A stretch of DNA of 20,000 nucleotides from Catajapyx aquilonaris (Eukaryota), in contig KZ538472.1 in assembly GCA_000934665.2 (NCBI GenBank), positions 49,427-69,426 on the forward strand, written 5' to 3'. Made by a program: the position numbers and the translations under genes. The notes under the pieces were generated by a model. The model saw only the letters and a program-made list of their open reading frames with translations. It did no database searches and had not been told where the DNA came from. Positions 19,420 to 20,000 of this stretch are shown here, piece after piece; within the stretch, counting starts at the first letter, position 1, and each line of letters starts with the position of its first letter.

Positions 19420-20000
19420 GGGGGGGGGGGGGGGGGGGAAGGGACAAACTTCCTTGCCTGTGCCTATTTTGATACCTTGCAATTTGGACAGTAATGAGTG
19501 ATTTATTAAAAAATTGACCCAAAATCGTGTAGTCCCCTAGATCAGCGAAATATGTGGACATTCGAGACATTTTCATCCCTTCCATATCAACAACATCGCA
19601 CACTTTCATTTGCCATACCTCCCAAAAGCGTGAAAAGCATCTGTCTGAATATTTTTATTAGGTCTAGAACTGTGACAAATAAAGGTCTACCATGATGTTA
19701 GATGTTGTTACATTTCAGATCAAGTCCTTTACATACAGCAATCAAAGAAGGTCCTAGTAATATTTTAATGGCTATTACACTGGTGGCCAGTCACTGTCAC
19801 TAATGTGCCAATAACTTTAGTGATGTGGTCAATCTATGTACTTTTTTCAGGGTTTTTCATTTAAATAATTTAAATGTTTAATATGTAACTATAAGTGAAT
19901 GACCCAGAATGGAAAGGTCATATGTCCATGAGACAAAATTTTACAGGGGAGACAAAAAACTGAAATGCGGCATTGTAAATTCGTCAAGGTGGTCGGACTC

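Overview
Eukaryotic genomic DNA, probably arthropod; a locust Lm1-like SINE core suggests a hemimetabolous insect, but this is inference. Two intron-containing genes sit head-to-head. (1) On the minus strand is UDP-glucose pyrophosphorylase (UGP/UGP2): six confidently placed coding exons (8457-8329, 8236-8132, 7997-7815, 6445-6023, 3677-3129, 1830-1723), all joined by phase-0 GT-AG introns. It has at least two plausible alternative first coding exons (11182-11156 and 9491-9423), giving proteins of about 507 or 521 aa. (2) On the plus strand is an RPUSD1-like RluA-family pseudouridine synthase (13049-13520 + 16736-17208, 314 aa). Introns and flanks hold many non-autonomous elements with recognisable TIRs and TSDs: three mariner derivatives, Tc1/mariner-type MITEs, PIF/Harbinger, hAT, piggyBac and Sola-like MITEs, a tRNA-derived SINE and a 5'-truncated non-LTR element, including two nested insertions. 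I found no clear new biological system. The best leads are: alternative UGP N-termini spliced next to a PAS-kinase-type HxRxxS site, a mariner MITE built from two 3' ends, two oppositely oriented copies of a palindromic MITE around a symmetric UGP exon, and a cluster of long intronic hairpins. All calls come from manual reading; no searches were run.
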